From NCBI GenBank assembly GCA_036398875.1, contig DASWOE010000217.1:1-44857 (forward strand): a stretch of 44,857 nt of DNA. The letters run 5' to 3'. The notes beneath the pieces were generated by a model that saw only the letters and a list, made by a program, of their open reading frames with translations, did not search any database and had not been told where the DNA came from. This document shows, one piece after another, positions 35,575 to 43,804 of the stretch (its first letter is position 1; every line of letters starts with the position of its first letter). Position numbers and translations under genes: made by a program. This stretch comes from Rhizomicrobium sp. (GTDB lineage: Bacteria; Pseudomonadota; Alphaproteobacteria; Micropepsales; Micropepsaceae).

Positions 35575-36744
35575 TCACCCCTTCTTTTTCTTCGACTCTT
35601 CGAGATTGAATTGCTCGAAGGTCTTCTGGGCGGCGGTGCGGCTCTTGTCCGCCAGTTCCTGCGAATGCTCCTTGATCTCGGCATAGGATTTTTCGCGGTT
35701 GACGTTGGCCTTCTGGAAGTGCGGCGCGACGAACCGCATGTAAAGCTCGTAGGAGCGCTTGGTCTGTTCCCAATCGGCCCAGTCATGGGCCTGATGGAGG
35801 AAGCAGCCGAATTCGCCCTGCTTGGCCTGCAGCGTCTGGAGCACGCGGATCGCGTCGTCCGGCGTGCCGATGACGATATGGCCGGCGTCCAGCATGACAT
35901 CGACCGGATCGCGGCCGGCGAAGTCGCCGAACCGGCCCGGCGTCAGGGTGCGCGCATATTCGATGTACTTGTCGAGCCCGAAGCGGACGTTCTCGCGCGC
36001 CTTCTGCCGCGTCTCGGCGATGTGCATGGGCCCCATGAGCCGCAGATTCTGGCGGTCCATCCTGTTGCCGTGCTCCTTGGCGGTGTCGCAGGCGATCTTC
36101 CAGTTCACGTCGAGCACGTTGAAGCCGCCGCCGGCATCGGTCGCGGCGACGCACAGCATGGCGAGATTGTATTTTCCCGCGAGCTTGCCGCCCGACGGCG
36201 TCGCAGCGCTGGCGACCGCGATCTGCGGCCGCGGCCGGGTATAGGGCAGCAGGTGCGCGCGGGCGTTCACCAGCTTGAACCATTCGGACTCTTCGGTGAC
36301 GGTCTGGCCGTCCATCAGCCGCAGGATGATGTCGAGCGACTGCGCCATGCGGGTGCGGGTCGCGTTGGGGTCGATCCCGAACATCTCGGCATCGGAGACC
36401 AGAAGGCCCGGACCGAAGCCGAACATCACGCGGCCGCGGCTCTGATGGTCGAGCTGGATGACGCGGTTCGCGACGGTGAGCGGGTTGTGATAGGGCAGCG
36501 AGATCACACCCGTGCCGAACCTTATGGTGCGGGTGCGCTCGACGGCGGTGGCGATGAACAGCTCGGGCGAGGAGATGGTCTCGAAGCCGGCCGAGTGATG
36601 CTCCCCGATCCACATCTCGTCGAAGCCCAGCCGGTCGAGCCATTCGGCGAGCTCCAGATCGCGGTGGATCAGGACATTGGGGCTTTCGTTCACCGGGTGC
36701 AGGGGCGCGAGAAACACACCGTGCCGTAGCGTTACCGATGACAT
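35575..36744 (-). CDS. luciferase-like (LLM) monooxygenase, limonene 1,2-monooxygenase (LimB)-like group
   Basis: GVFLAPLHP..RDLEL..LDRLGFDEMWIGEHHSAG.E.ISSPELF, GTGVISLPYHNP and HDWADW. Start ATG 36744. Confidence 0.9.
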   Translation of the reverse strand: MSSVTLRHGVFLAPLHPVNESPNVLIHRDLELAEWLDRLGFDEMWIGEHHSAGFETISSPELFIATAVERTRTIRFGTGVISLPYHNPLTVANRVIQLDHQSRGRVMFGFGPGLLVSDAEMFGIDPNATRTRMAQSLDIILRLMDGQTVTEESEWFKLVNARAHLLPYTRPRPQIAVASAATPSGGKLAGKYNLAMLCVAATDAGGGFNVLDVNWKIACDTAKEHGNRMDRQNLRLMGPMHIAETRQKARENVRFGLDKYIEYARTLTPGRFGDFAGRDPVDVMLDAGHIVIGTPDDAIRVLQTLQAKQGEFGCFLHQAHDWADWEQTKRSYELYMRFVAPHFQKANVNREKSYAEIKEHSQELADKSRTAAQKTFEQFNLEESKKKKG

Positions 36745-36877
36745 AAACGATTCTCCCGATGCGCGCGGTCCGTGCTCCCGCGTCGTCTGTTCTTGGTTCT
36801 TCCAACCGCGCCGATCCCGGTCCTGGAGGCATCGGCCCGAGCCCGCCCGTGCCAGACCATCGGGACATCGGCGCGGC

Positions 36878-36921
36878 GCCGACAAGCCATTTTTTCTTAT
36901 GCAAGAATGATGAAGCGTCAT
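36878..36921 (-). promoter_or_regulatory. bipartite LysR-type operator, copy 6 (LLM-ALDH-ADH-P450 operon)
   Basis: Minus strand ATGACGCTTCATCAT-tcttgcata-AGAAAAAATGGCTTGTCGGC. Confidence 0.8.
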
Positions 36922-37079
36922 CGCAGCCGCAAGGGCGCGTTTACCCTGTCGCATGTCCTGCACCTGTTGCCTTTGCGGCACGTCGGGACGAATTCGGGAG
37001 GGGTCCGCCGGCGCATCGAGCCGGTGCGGCCCGGCGGAAGCGCGCTTTCGTTGCGGGCGCCGCCGGGAGGCGCGCAAAC

Positions 37080-37123
37080 ATGAGTGCCGTTCATAAGTCT
37101 ATCATGAAAAGTGGTTTGTGGGC
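37080..37123 (+). promoter_or_regulatory. bipartite LysR-type operator, copy 7 (TonB-dependent receptor)
   Basis: ATGAGTGCCGTTCAT-aagtctatc-ATGAAAAGTGGTTTGTGGGC. Confidence 0.82.
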
Positions 37124-37356
37124 CTTGCGCCGCGCCATCCAAATAGCGACGGCGCGCTTTCGATCCGAAAAACGATCTTCGACCCTGCGCCCAAGAAAAG
37201 CCGGCCCGAATGGGCCTTGGGAGGAGAGGCGACATTACCTGACGATGGGCTCGGCCGGCGCCGGGCGCGCGTCCGCTAAATACCACGTCCACAGAACAAA
37301 TCGAACCGGCGACCCGTATTCGGGCGGTCCGTGTCATATCGAGAGGGGAACGCGTA

Positions 37357-39534
37357 ATGAGTGAGTTGAATGGCAAATCCGGGCAGAGGTCGCTCGCGCT
37401 GAGGGCGTTGCAGGCGGCCCTGCTGGCATCGGCCCTGGCGCCGCTGCCGGCGCTTGCCCAGACCGCGATCGAGACCGTCACGGTGACCGCGGAGCGGCGC
37501 GAAGAAATCTCGCAGAAGGTGCCGATCTCGATCAACGTCATCACATCGGACAAGCTCGACACGTCGGGCGTCCAGAACACGCTGGACCTGCCCCAGCTCG
37601 CGTCCAGCCTGGTCACCATCAATGGCGCCAATGCCAGTTCCTTCCAGACGCCGTTCATCCGCGGCGTCGGCTCCAGTTCCACGCTGCTCGGCATCGATGC
37701 GTCGGTCGCGACCTATATCGACGGCGTCTACCAGCCGTTCAAGGCGGCCAATTTGATCGACCTTTACGACATCGAGCGGATCGAAATCCTGAAGGGTCCG
37801 CAGGGCACGCTGTTCGGGCGCAACGCCACCGGCGGCGCGATCAACATCGTCACCAACCAGCCGACCGATCAATTCGGGGCGCGCGCCGAGGCGTCCTATG
37901 GGCGCTATGACGAGACGGTCGAAAAGGGCTTCATCAACGCGCCGCTTGCCGACGGCCTGTTCGCCAATCTCGGCGTCGTGGCGCGCCAGGGCGGCGATTT
38001 CATCCAGAACGATTTCAACGGCACCAAATTCGGCGGCGTGGACAGCGTCACCGTGAACGGCAAGCTGCTGTGGGCGCCGTCCGACCGCTTCGAGGCGACG
38101 GCCGGGGTGGTCTACACCAACCGCGACCAGAGCATGGCGACGGCCAATGCCACGAACGTGCCCGGCTCGATCCCGGTGGGAACGCTGCCGATGTTCGGCG
38201 GCGCCGCCTCCTTCACCGACTACCACGCCGACCTGAACTTCAATCCGCGGTCCACCGATTCGACGATCGAGGGATCGCTGCATCTGCGCTATTCCTTCGA
38301 CGACGTGGACTTGGTGTCCATCTCGTCCTACCAGATGTCGCATTCGCACGAGCTGCTCGACTACGATTCGACGTCGGCGAACGTCTTCTCGTTCAACGAT
38401 TTCGACCGCGGCGAGACCTTCACCCAGGAGGTCCAGCTGCTCTCGACCGACAAGGGCCCGCTGCAATGGATCCTGGGCGCCTACTATATCACCGACCAGC
38501 AGGGCTATGTGCCGCTGCAGCTGCTCTATGTCGCGCCGCTGCCGATCGACATCAACACCACCAACCGCACCAATGGCTGGGCGGTGTTCGGACAGGCGAC
38601 CTATGATTTCGGCGAGGGCACCCACCTGACCGGCGGCCTGCGCTTCAGCCAGGAGACCCACCGGCTGACCGGCGACGAGACCATGCCGGCCGTGCCGCTC
38701 ACGCTGGCCGGGCCGATCGACCTGAAGAAGACCTTCGCCAAGCCGACCTGGCGCGTCAGCCTGGACCACGCCTTCACCGACGACGTGATGGCCTATGCCA
38801 GCTACAATCGCGGCTTCAAGAGCGGCGGCTTCAATTCGACGACGGTCGATCCGACCCAGAAGCCGGTCGATTCCGAAGTGCTGGACGCCTACGAAGTCGG
38901 CGCCAAGACGCAATGGTGGGATCACCGCGTCCAGTTGAACGTGGCGGCCTATTATTACGACTATTCCAACATCCAGGTTCAGCGGGTCGATCCCAGCGCC
39001 GGCGGCGCCGCGCTGCTGGAATCGGCCGGCTCGGCCTATCTCTACGGTTTCGACGGCGATCTGACCGTCATCCCGACCGAGGGACTGGAACTGCATGTCG
39101 GCCTGGGCCTGGAGCAATCCAAATACACCCGCTACGACAACGCGTCGGGCTATGCCTATCTCGGCGGCTTCGGCGTCGCCGAGACCATCGACGCCAAGGG
39201 CACGCAGCTTCTGTTCGCGCCGGCGGTCACGCTCAATCTGGGCGGCGACTACACGTTCCAGTTCCAGGATTCGTCGTCGCTCGAGATCGCCGCGAATTAC
39301 GCCTTCAGCAGCCACTACAAGGAGGTCGTCGGCGACGGCAATTTCGTCCGCGCCTATGGCGTGCTGAACGGATCGGTGACCTGGAACGCGCCCAGCGACA
39401 AGTTCTTCCTGCGCCTGTGGGGCAAGAACCTGACCGACCAGAACGACATCGGCCGCCTGCTCAACGGCACCAGCTATCAGAAGCAGCTTCTGCAGCCGAT
39501 CACGTTCGGGGTATCGGGCGGCGTGAAGTTCTGA
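37357..39534 (+). CDS. TonB-dependent receptor
   Basis: Signal peptide, TonB box ETVTVTA, plug ERIEILKGPQGTLFGRNATGGAINIV, GFKSGGFN, GKNLTD and a C-terminal Phe. Confidence 0.96.
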   Translation: MSELNGKSGQRSLALRALQAALLASALAPLPALAQTAIETVTVTAERREEISQKVPISINVITSDKLDTSGVQNTLDLPQLASSLVTINGANASSFQTPFIRGVGSSSTLLGIDASVATYIDGVYQPFKAANLIDLYDIERIEILKGPQGTLFGRNATGGAINIVTNQPTDQFGARAEASYGRYDETVEKGFINAPLADGLFANLGVVARQGGDFIQNDFNGTKFGGVDSVTVNGKLLWAPSDRFEATAGVVYTNRDQSMATANATNVPGSIPVGTLPMFGGAASFTDYHADLNFNPRSTDSTIEGSLHLRYSFDDVDLVSISSYQMSHSHELLDYDSTSANVFSFNDFDRGETFTQEVQLLSTDKGPLQWILGAYYITDQQGYVPLQLLYVAPLPIDINTTNRTNGWAVFGQATYDFGEGTHLTGGLRFSQETHRLTGDETMPAVPLTLAGPIDLKKTFAKPTWRVSLDHAFTDDVMAYASYNRGFKSGGFNSTTVDPTQKPVDSEVLDAYEVGAKTQWWDHRVQLNVAAYYYDYSNIQVQRVDPSAGGAALLESAGSAYLYGFDGDLTVIPTEGLELHVGLGLEQSKYTRYDNASGYAYLGGFGVAETIDAKGTQLLFAPAVTLNLGGDYTFQFQDSSSLEIAANYAFSSHYKEVVGDGNFVRAYGVLNGSVTWNAPSDKFFLRLWGKNLTDQNDIGRLLNGTSYQKQLLQPITFGVSGGVKF

Positions 39535-39551
39535 TCGCGCCGGCCCAAGCG

Positions 39552-39585
39552 AAAAAGCCCGCCGGTCCCGCGGGCGGGCTTTTTT
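39552..39585. terminator. intrinsic (possibly bidirectional) terminator
   Basis: AAAAA-GCCCGCC-loop-GGCGGGC-TTTTTT, 18 nt after the receptor stop. Confidence 0.88.
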
Positions 39586-39679
39586 GCGCCCGCGGCCCGA
39601 TTGCGGCCGGCCGTGCGTTGCGCAGACGGCGCACTTTCGTATTGTTGAAACAGCGACCATCAGCGGCAACGAGGCCCCC

Positions 39680-40879
39680 TTGCGCAGAGCAGCCATCGTC
39701 TCCCCCTTACGCACCGCCGTGGGAAAGTTCCTGGGCGGATTGTCCTCCATCCCGGCCGGCGAACTCGGCGCGGTGATCCTGCGCGAGCTGGTGCGCCGCA
39801 CCAAGATCGATCCCGAACGGATCGACGACGTCGTCTTCGCCCAGGGCTATGGCAATGGCGAGGCGCCCTGCATCGCGCGCTGGTCGGCGCTGGCCGCCGA
39901 CCTTCCGGTGCGCGTTCCCGGCTATCAGCTCGACCGCCGCTGCGGCAGCGGGCTCCAGGCGGTGATCGATGCGGCGATGATGGTGCAGACCGGCGCGGCG
40001 GACCTCGTGGTCGCGGGCGGCGTCGAGAGCATGAGCAATGTGGAATATTATTCGACGGACCTGCGCGCCGGGGCGCGGTCCGGCTCATCCGTCATGCATG
40101 ACCGGCTGATCCGCGGCCGGGTGATGTCGCAGCCGGTGGCGCGGTTCGGCGTGATCACGGGCATGATCGAAACGGCGGAGAATCTCGCGAAGGATTACGA
40201 CATCTCGCGCGAGGCCTGCGATGCCTACGCCGCCGCCAGCCACCAGCGCGCGACCGCCGCCTGGGCGGACGGGAAGTTCGACGACGAACTCGTGGTCGTG
40301 CCGGTGCCGCAGAAGCGCGGCGATCCCGTACCTTTCGCCAGGGACGAGGGCTTTCGGCCGGATGCCACGCCGACGTCGCTGGCACAGCTCAAGCCGCTGG
40401 AAAAGGGCGGCGTGGTCACGGCCGGCAATGCCAGCCAGCAGAACGACGCGGCGGCGGCCTGCCTCGTTGTCGCGGAGGACAAGCTTGCCGAACTGGGGCT
40501 GGAGCCGATGGGCTGGTTCGTGGGCTGGGCGGCGGCGGGCTGCGAGCCGTCGCGCATGGGGATCGGGCCGGTGCCCGCGGTCGAACGGCTGTTCGCGCGC
40601 ACCAAGCTCGGCTGGAAGGACATCGATCTGGTGGAACTCAACGAGGCCTTTGCGCCGCAGGTGCTGGCGGTGCTGAAAGGCTGGAACTGGGACGACCGCG
40701 ACAAGCTCAACGTCAACGGTTCGGGCATTTCGCTCGGCCATCCGATCGGGGCGACCGGCGGGCGCATCCTGGCGACGCTGCTGCGCGAACTGCATCGCCG
40801 CAAAGGCCGCTATGGCCTCGAAACCATGTGCATCGGCGGCGGTCAGGGACTGGCCGCGATCTTCGAGCGCGCCGCCTGA
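39680..40879 (+). CDS. acetyl-CoA C-acyltransferase (thiolase)
   Basis: DRRCGSG (Cys), GGVESMS, NEAF, GHPIGATG and CIGGGQG; probable TTG start 39680 after GAGG. Confidence 0.95.
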   Translation: MRRAAIVSPLRTAVGKFLGGLSSIPAGELGAVILRELVRRTKIDPERIDDVVFAQGYGNGEAPCIARWSALAADLPVRVPGYQLDRRCGSGLQAVIDAAMMVQTGAADLVVAGGVESMSNVEYYSTDLRAGARSGSSVMHDRLIRGRVMSQPVARFGVITGMIETAENLAKDYDISREACDAYAAASHQRATAAWADGKFDDELVVVPVPQKRGDPVPFARDEGFRPDATPTSLAQLKPLEKGGVVTAGNASQQNDAAAACLVVAEDKLAELGLEPMGWFVGWAAAGCEPSRMGIGPVPAVERLFARTKLGWKDIDLVELNEAFAPQVLAVLKGWNWDDRDKLNVNGSGISLGHPIGATGGRILATLLRELHRRKGRYGLETMCIGGGQGLAAIFERAA

Positions 40880-40960
40880 GGCGCGCGACGCCTCGTCCTC
40901 GATCACGTCCTGGGCTCGACCAGGACGCCGTCCGCCATGCGATTCGCCGGCCGCCCGCCG

Positions 40961-41608
40961 TCACGACGGGAATTCGAGCGCAACCACGGTGCCCGAAGGC
41001 GCGGAGCGGAATTCGATCCGGCCGTTCAAGGCGCGCGCCAGCATGTCGAGGATTCGCGATCCGGTCCCCGCCACGCCGCCGCAACGTCCCGCGCCGTCGT
41101 CGGACACGACGCAATGCCAGACATCCATGCGCTCGAAGAGATCGATCCGCACCGTTCCGCCGGCGCCGTTCGGAAACGCGTGTTTTGCCGCATTGGTGAC
41201 CAGCTCGGCGATGATCAGCCCGATCGACTCGCAGCGGTCGCCCGACAGGGCACCTTCGCCGATGAAGGCCTCGCAGCGGATGCCGAGCGGCGCGAGGACG
41301 GCGCCGACAAGCCCCTCGCAGAGCGGCCGCACGTAATCCTCGACCGCGATCAACCCCATGCCGGGACTGAGCGAGAAATAGCGGTGCAGATTGCCGAAAT
41401 CGACGATCCGGCGCTCATGCCGGCGAAGGATCGTCCGAACGCCCGGATCGGCGACGCCGGACAGGTCGCGCCGCAGCGCGCCCGCCAGCAGCGCCAGCGT
41501 ATTGGCCATCCGGTGATGGGCCTCGCGCAGCGCGAAGGACGAATCGGAATCGTCGTTCGCGGCGCGGAACGCCTCATTTGCCTGTTTGTCCGAAACGACT
41601 TCCGCCAC
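40961..41608 (-). CDS. HisKA_2/HWE-type histidine kinase without a sensor domain
   Basis: H-box REAHHRMAN, N-box ELVTNAAKHAF, G1 SDDGAG and G2 GTG; GGAGG RBS 7 nt before GTG; in-frame stop at 41693-41695 upstream. Confidence 0.85.
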   Translation of the reverse strand: MAEVVSDKQANEAFRAANDDSDSSFALREAHHRMANTLALLAGALRRDLSGVADPGVRTILRRHERRIVDFGNLHRYFSLSPGMGLIAVEDYVRPLCEGLVGAVLAPLGIRCEAFIGEGALSGDRCESIGLIIAELVTNAAKHAFPNGAGGTVRIDLFERMDVWHCVVSDDGAGRCGGVAGTGSRILDMLARALNGRIEFRSAPSGTVVALEFPS

Positions 41609-41897
41609 AGCACCGCCTCCGACGCGACAGGCGCGGACTCGCCCGCGTTGGGGGGGGGAGGTCGAGCGAGCCCGCGCCTTTTGGGGCAGATTTCATTGCC
41701 CGGCGACGAACCTACCGGGAGCGCCTTGCGAGAGCTTGGACGTTCGTCTCGCATTTGGATCAATCCGGTGTTCCATCCCGGCTGCGGCGCGGCGGAGGCT
41801 GCACAATGCGCGATCGCTTGGCCCAGGGAACTTGAGAGCGCGACGGCGAAGAGAATAAGCTGGCGCGGGCGTCGGCCGAGGCGACGCAGGGGGGAAG

Positions 41898-43796
41898 ATG
41901 GCGCCGCCGAAACCAAGGCTTGTCCTGCGCATCGGCATGTCGGGCCACCGGCCCAATCGATTCACGCCCGATGCGCAGGAAAAGGTGCGGGCGTCGCTGG
42001 GCCGCATTTTCGGCACGATCCACGAATCCGTGACGGCCATCCGGGAAAGAGAAGCCGCGGTTTTCGACGCCGAGCCGCCGCAACTGCGCATCATCACGGC
42101 GCTTGCCGAAGGGGCCGACCGCGTCATCGCGAATGCCGCCCTGGAGGCGGGGCACGCGATAGACGCGATCATCCCTTTCGCGCCCGAAGACTATGCGACG
42201 GATTTCGACACGGCGGAATCGAAGGACGAATTCCGCCGCCTGCTGGAGCGCGCGCGCACGCGTTTCAGCCTGCCGGGGGAGAAGTCGGCGACCGATCCGG
42301 CCCGGACCGAGCACGCCTATGAGGCGGTCGGCCTGATGACGCTGCGCCAATGCGACATCCTGGTCGCGGTGTGGAACGGCGAGGAGGCGTCCGGCCGCGG
42401 CGGCACGGCCGACATCGTTCAGCGCGCCATCGCAAGCCGCATACCGGTGTTGCGCTTCGCCGCCAATGGCGACGGACCCTATCTGCTCAAGAACGACGGC
42501 CCGGCGCCGGCGGATGCGCTCGACCTGGTCAAGGGCGCGGCCGTGCCGATCGAATCCGCGACGCTCCACGCGATCGTCGAGTCGCTGACCGCGCCCCCTT
42601 CGGCGGACGGCGACGGGGCGGCGCACGGCACGCAAATCCGCAAGAAGGCGCGCAGGCGGCTCGATGAATTCCTGGCGGAGCCGGAGCGACGGTGGAATTT
42701 CGCGTTCTCCTATCCGCTGCTGTTGCGCATTTTCAACCGCGATGTGCGCTTCTGGCGCTCGTTCCGCCAGAAGCCCTATTACGACGCGACGGTGGCCGAA
42801 TGGGCCGGCTATTTCCGCGCGCTGCAAAACGTCCCCGCGGAGCTTCGGAAAAGACTGCTCGAGACGGTGACGGCGCGCCATTCCTGGCCGGACAAGCTTG
42901 CGATCTATTACGGCCAGAAGCATCGCAGCGGCTATGTGCGGAATTTTTCCCTCGCGGCAGTCGCCGTGCTGTTCGCGCTGTTGAGCTTTCGACCGGCACC
43001 CGGCACGGCGGGCCAGCCGGCATCGCCGTTCAGCGTCGAGCACCTTCTGCATGTCGGCGAGTTCGTCTCGATCGGCGCGATCATCCTGCTGACCGGGCTG
43101 GGGCTTCGCTGGCGCCGCCATCAGCGCTGGCTCGACTATCGGCAATTGTCGGAGCAATTGCGGCACCTGCGCGCGCTGCTGCTCATCGGATCGAGCAGCC
43201 CCGAAGCGCGTCCGCCCAGATTGGGCGAGGAACTGCAGCCCGGCCCGCTCTGGGTCAACTGGTATTACCGGGCGGTCGTTCGCGAGGCCGGCGTTCCCTG
43301 TGCCGCCGTCGATGCGGACTATCTCGCCGCCATACGCCAGGCGATCGCGGAGGGCGAAATCGCCGACCAGGCCGGCTATCACACCGTGAATGCGCGCCGG
43401 ATCGGAAGCGTCGCGCACTGGCTCGAATGGCTGGGGGTCGGATTCTTCATCGCGACATTCGCGATATGCACCGTGCTCGCCTTCTGCTCGAACTGGCTGG
43501 ACGGCCTGACCGGCAGCGGCCAATTCGCCGGGGCTTTCCTGTGCGCCTTGCTGCCCGCGGTCGGCGCCGCGGCTTACGGCATCCGCGTGGAGGGCGATTT
43601 CGACGGGTCCTGCAGGAGATCCGCCAACATGGCGCGGCGCCTGATCGACATCGGCAGCAAATTGTCCGACAAGAAAAAGCCCATGTCGCTGGCCGAAGTT
43701 TCGGCGCTCACCGAAGACGCGACCCTGGCGATGATGTCCGAGATCGGCGATTGGGGGTTCATCTATCGCGGGCGGCCGCTGGCGCTGCCGGCCTGA
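41898..43796 (+). CDS. SLOG-domain protein fused to two SLATT-like 2TM modules
   Basis: N-terminal GMSGHR, ALAEGADR, IIPF and CDILVAVWNG..GRGGTADIV (YspA-like SLOG). C-terminal half has two TM hairpins, the first followed by RWLDYRQLSEQLR and the second preceded by QAGYH and followed by EIGDW. Confidence 0.78.
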   Translation: MAPPKPRLVLRIGMSGHRPNRFTPDAQEKVRASLGRIFGTIHESVTAIREREAAVFDAEPPQLRIITALAEGADRVIANAALEAGHAIDAIIPFAPEDYATDFDTAESKDEFRRLLERARTRFSLPGEKSATDPARTEHAYEAVGLMTLRQCDILVAVWNGEEASGRGGTADIVQRAIASRIPVLRFAANGDGPYLLKNDGPAPADALDLVKGAAVPIESATLHAIVESLTAPPSADGDGAAHGTQIRKKARRRLDEFLAEPERRWNFAFSYPLLLRIFNRDVRFWRSFRQKPYYDATVAEWAGYFRALQNVPAELRKRLLETVTARHSWPDKLAIYYGQKHRSGYVRNFSLAAVAVLFALLSFRPAPGTAGQPASPFSVEHLLHVGEFVSIGAIILLTGLGLRWRRHQRWLDYRQLSEQLRHLRALLLIGSSSPEARPPRLGEELQPGPLWVNWYYRAVVREAGVPCAAVDADYLAAIRQAIAEGEIADQAGYHTVNARRIGSVAHWLEWLGVGFFIATFAICTVLAFCSNWLDGLTGSGQFAGAFLCALLPAVGAAAYGIRVEGDFDGSCRRSANMARRLIDIGSKLSDKKKPMSLAEVSALTEDATLAMMSEIGDWGFIYRGRPLALPA

Positions 43797-43804
43797 CGCG
43801 CCGC

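Noticed and set aside
36806-36876. Bulged inverted repeat upstream of the LLM gene as a possible riboswitch or sRNA
   Set aside because: GC-rich, straddles the predicted promoter, and shows no recognisable RNA family features.
37276-39804. 842-aa minus-strand ORF, and similar long ORFs at 15739-18159, 22544-25054, 41760-44195, 20434-22620 and 9495-11648
   Set aside because: All mirror or overlap well-supported genes and lack family motifs.
8498-40879. Secondary-metabolite biosynthetic cluster
   Set aside because: No PKS, NRPS, terpene synthase, RiPP precursor or carrier protein; uptake, beta-oxidation and inducible regulators point to catabolism.
41770-41831. GGAAC motifs near the HisKA_2 kinase and SLOG gene as EcfG promoters
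   Set aside because: Neither has TT at the required 18-19 nt spacing.
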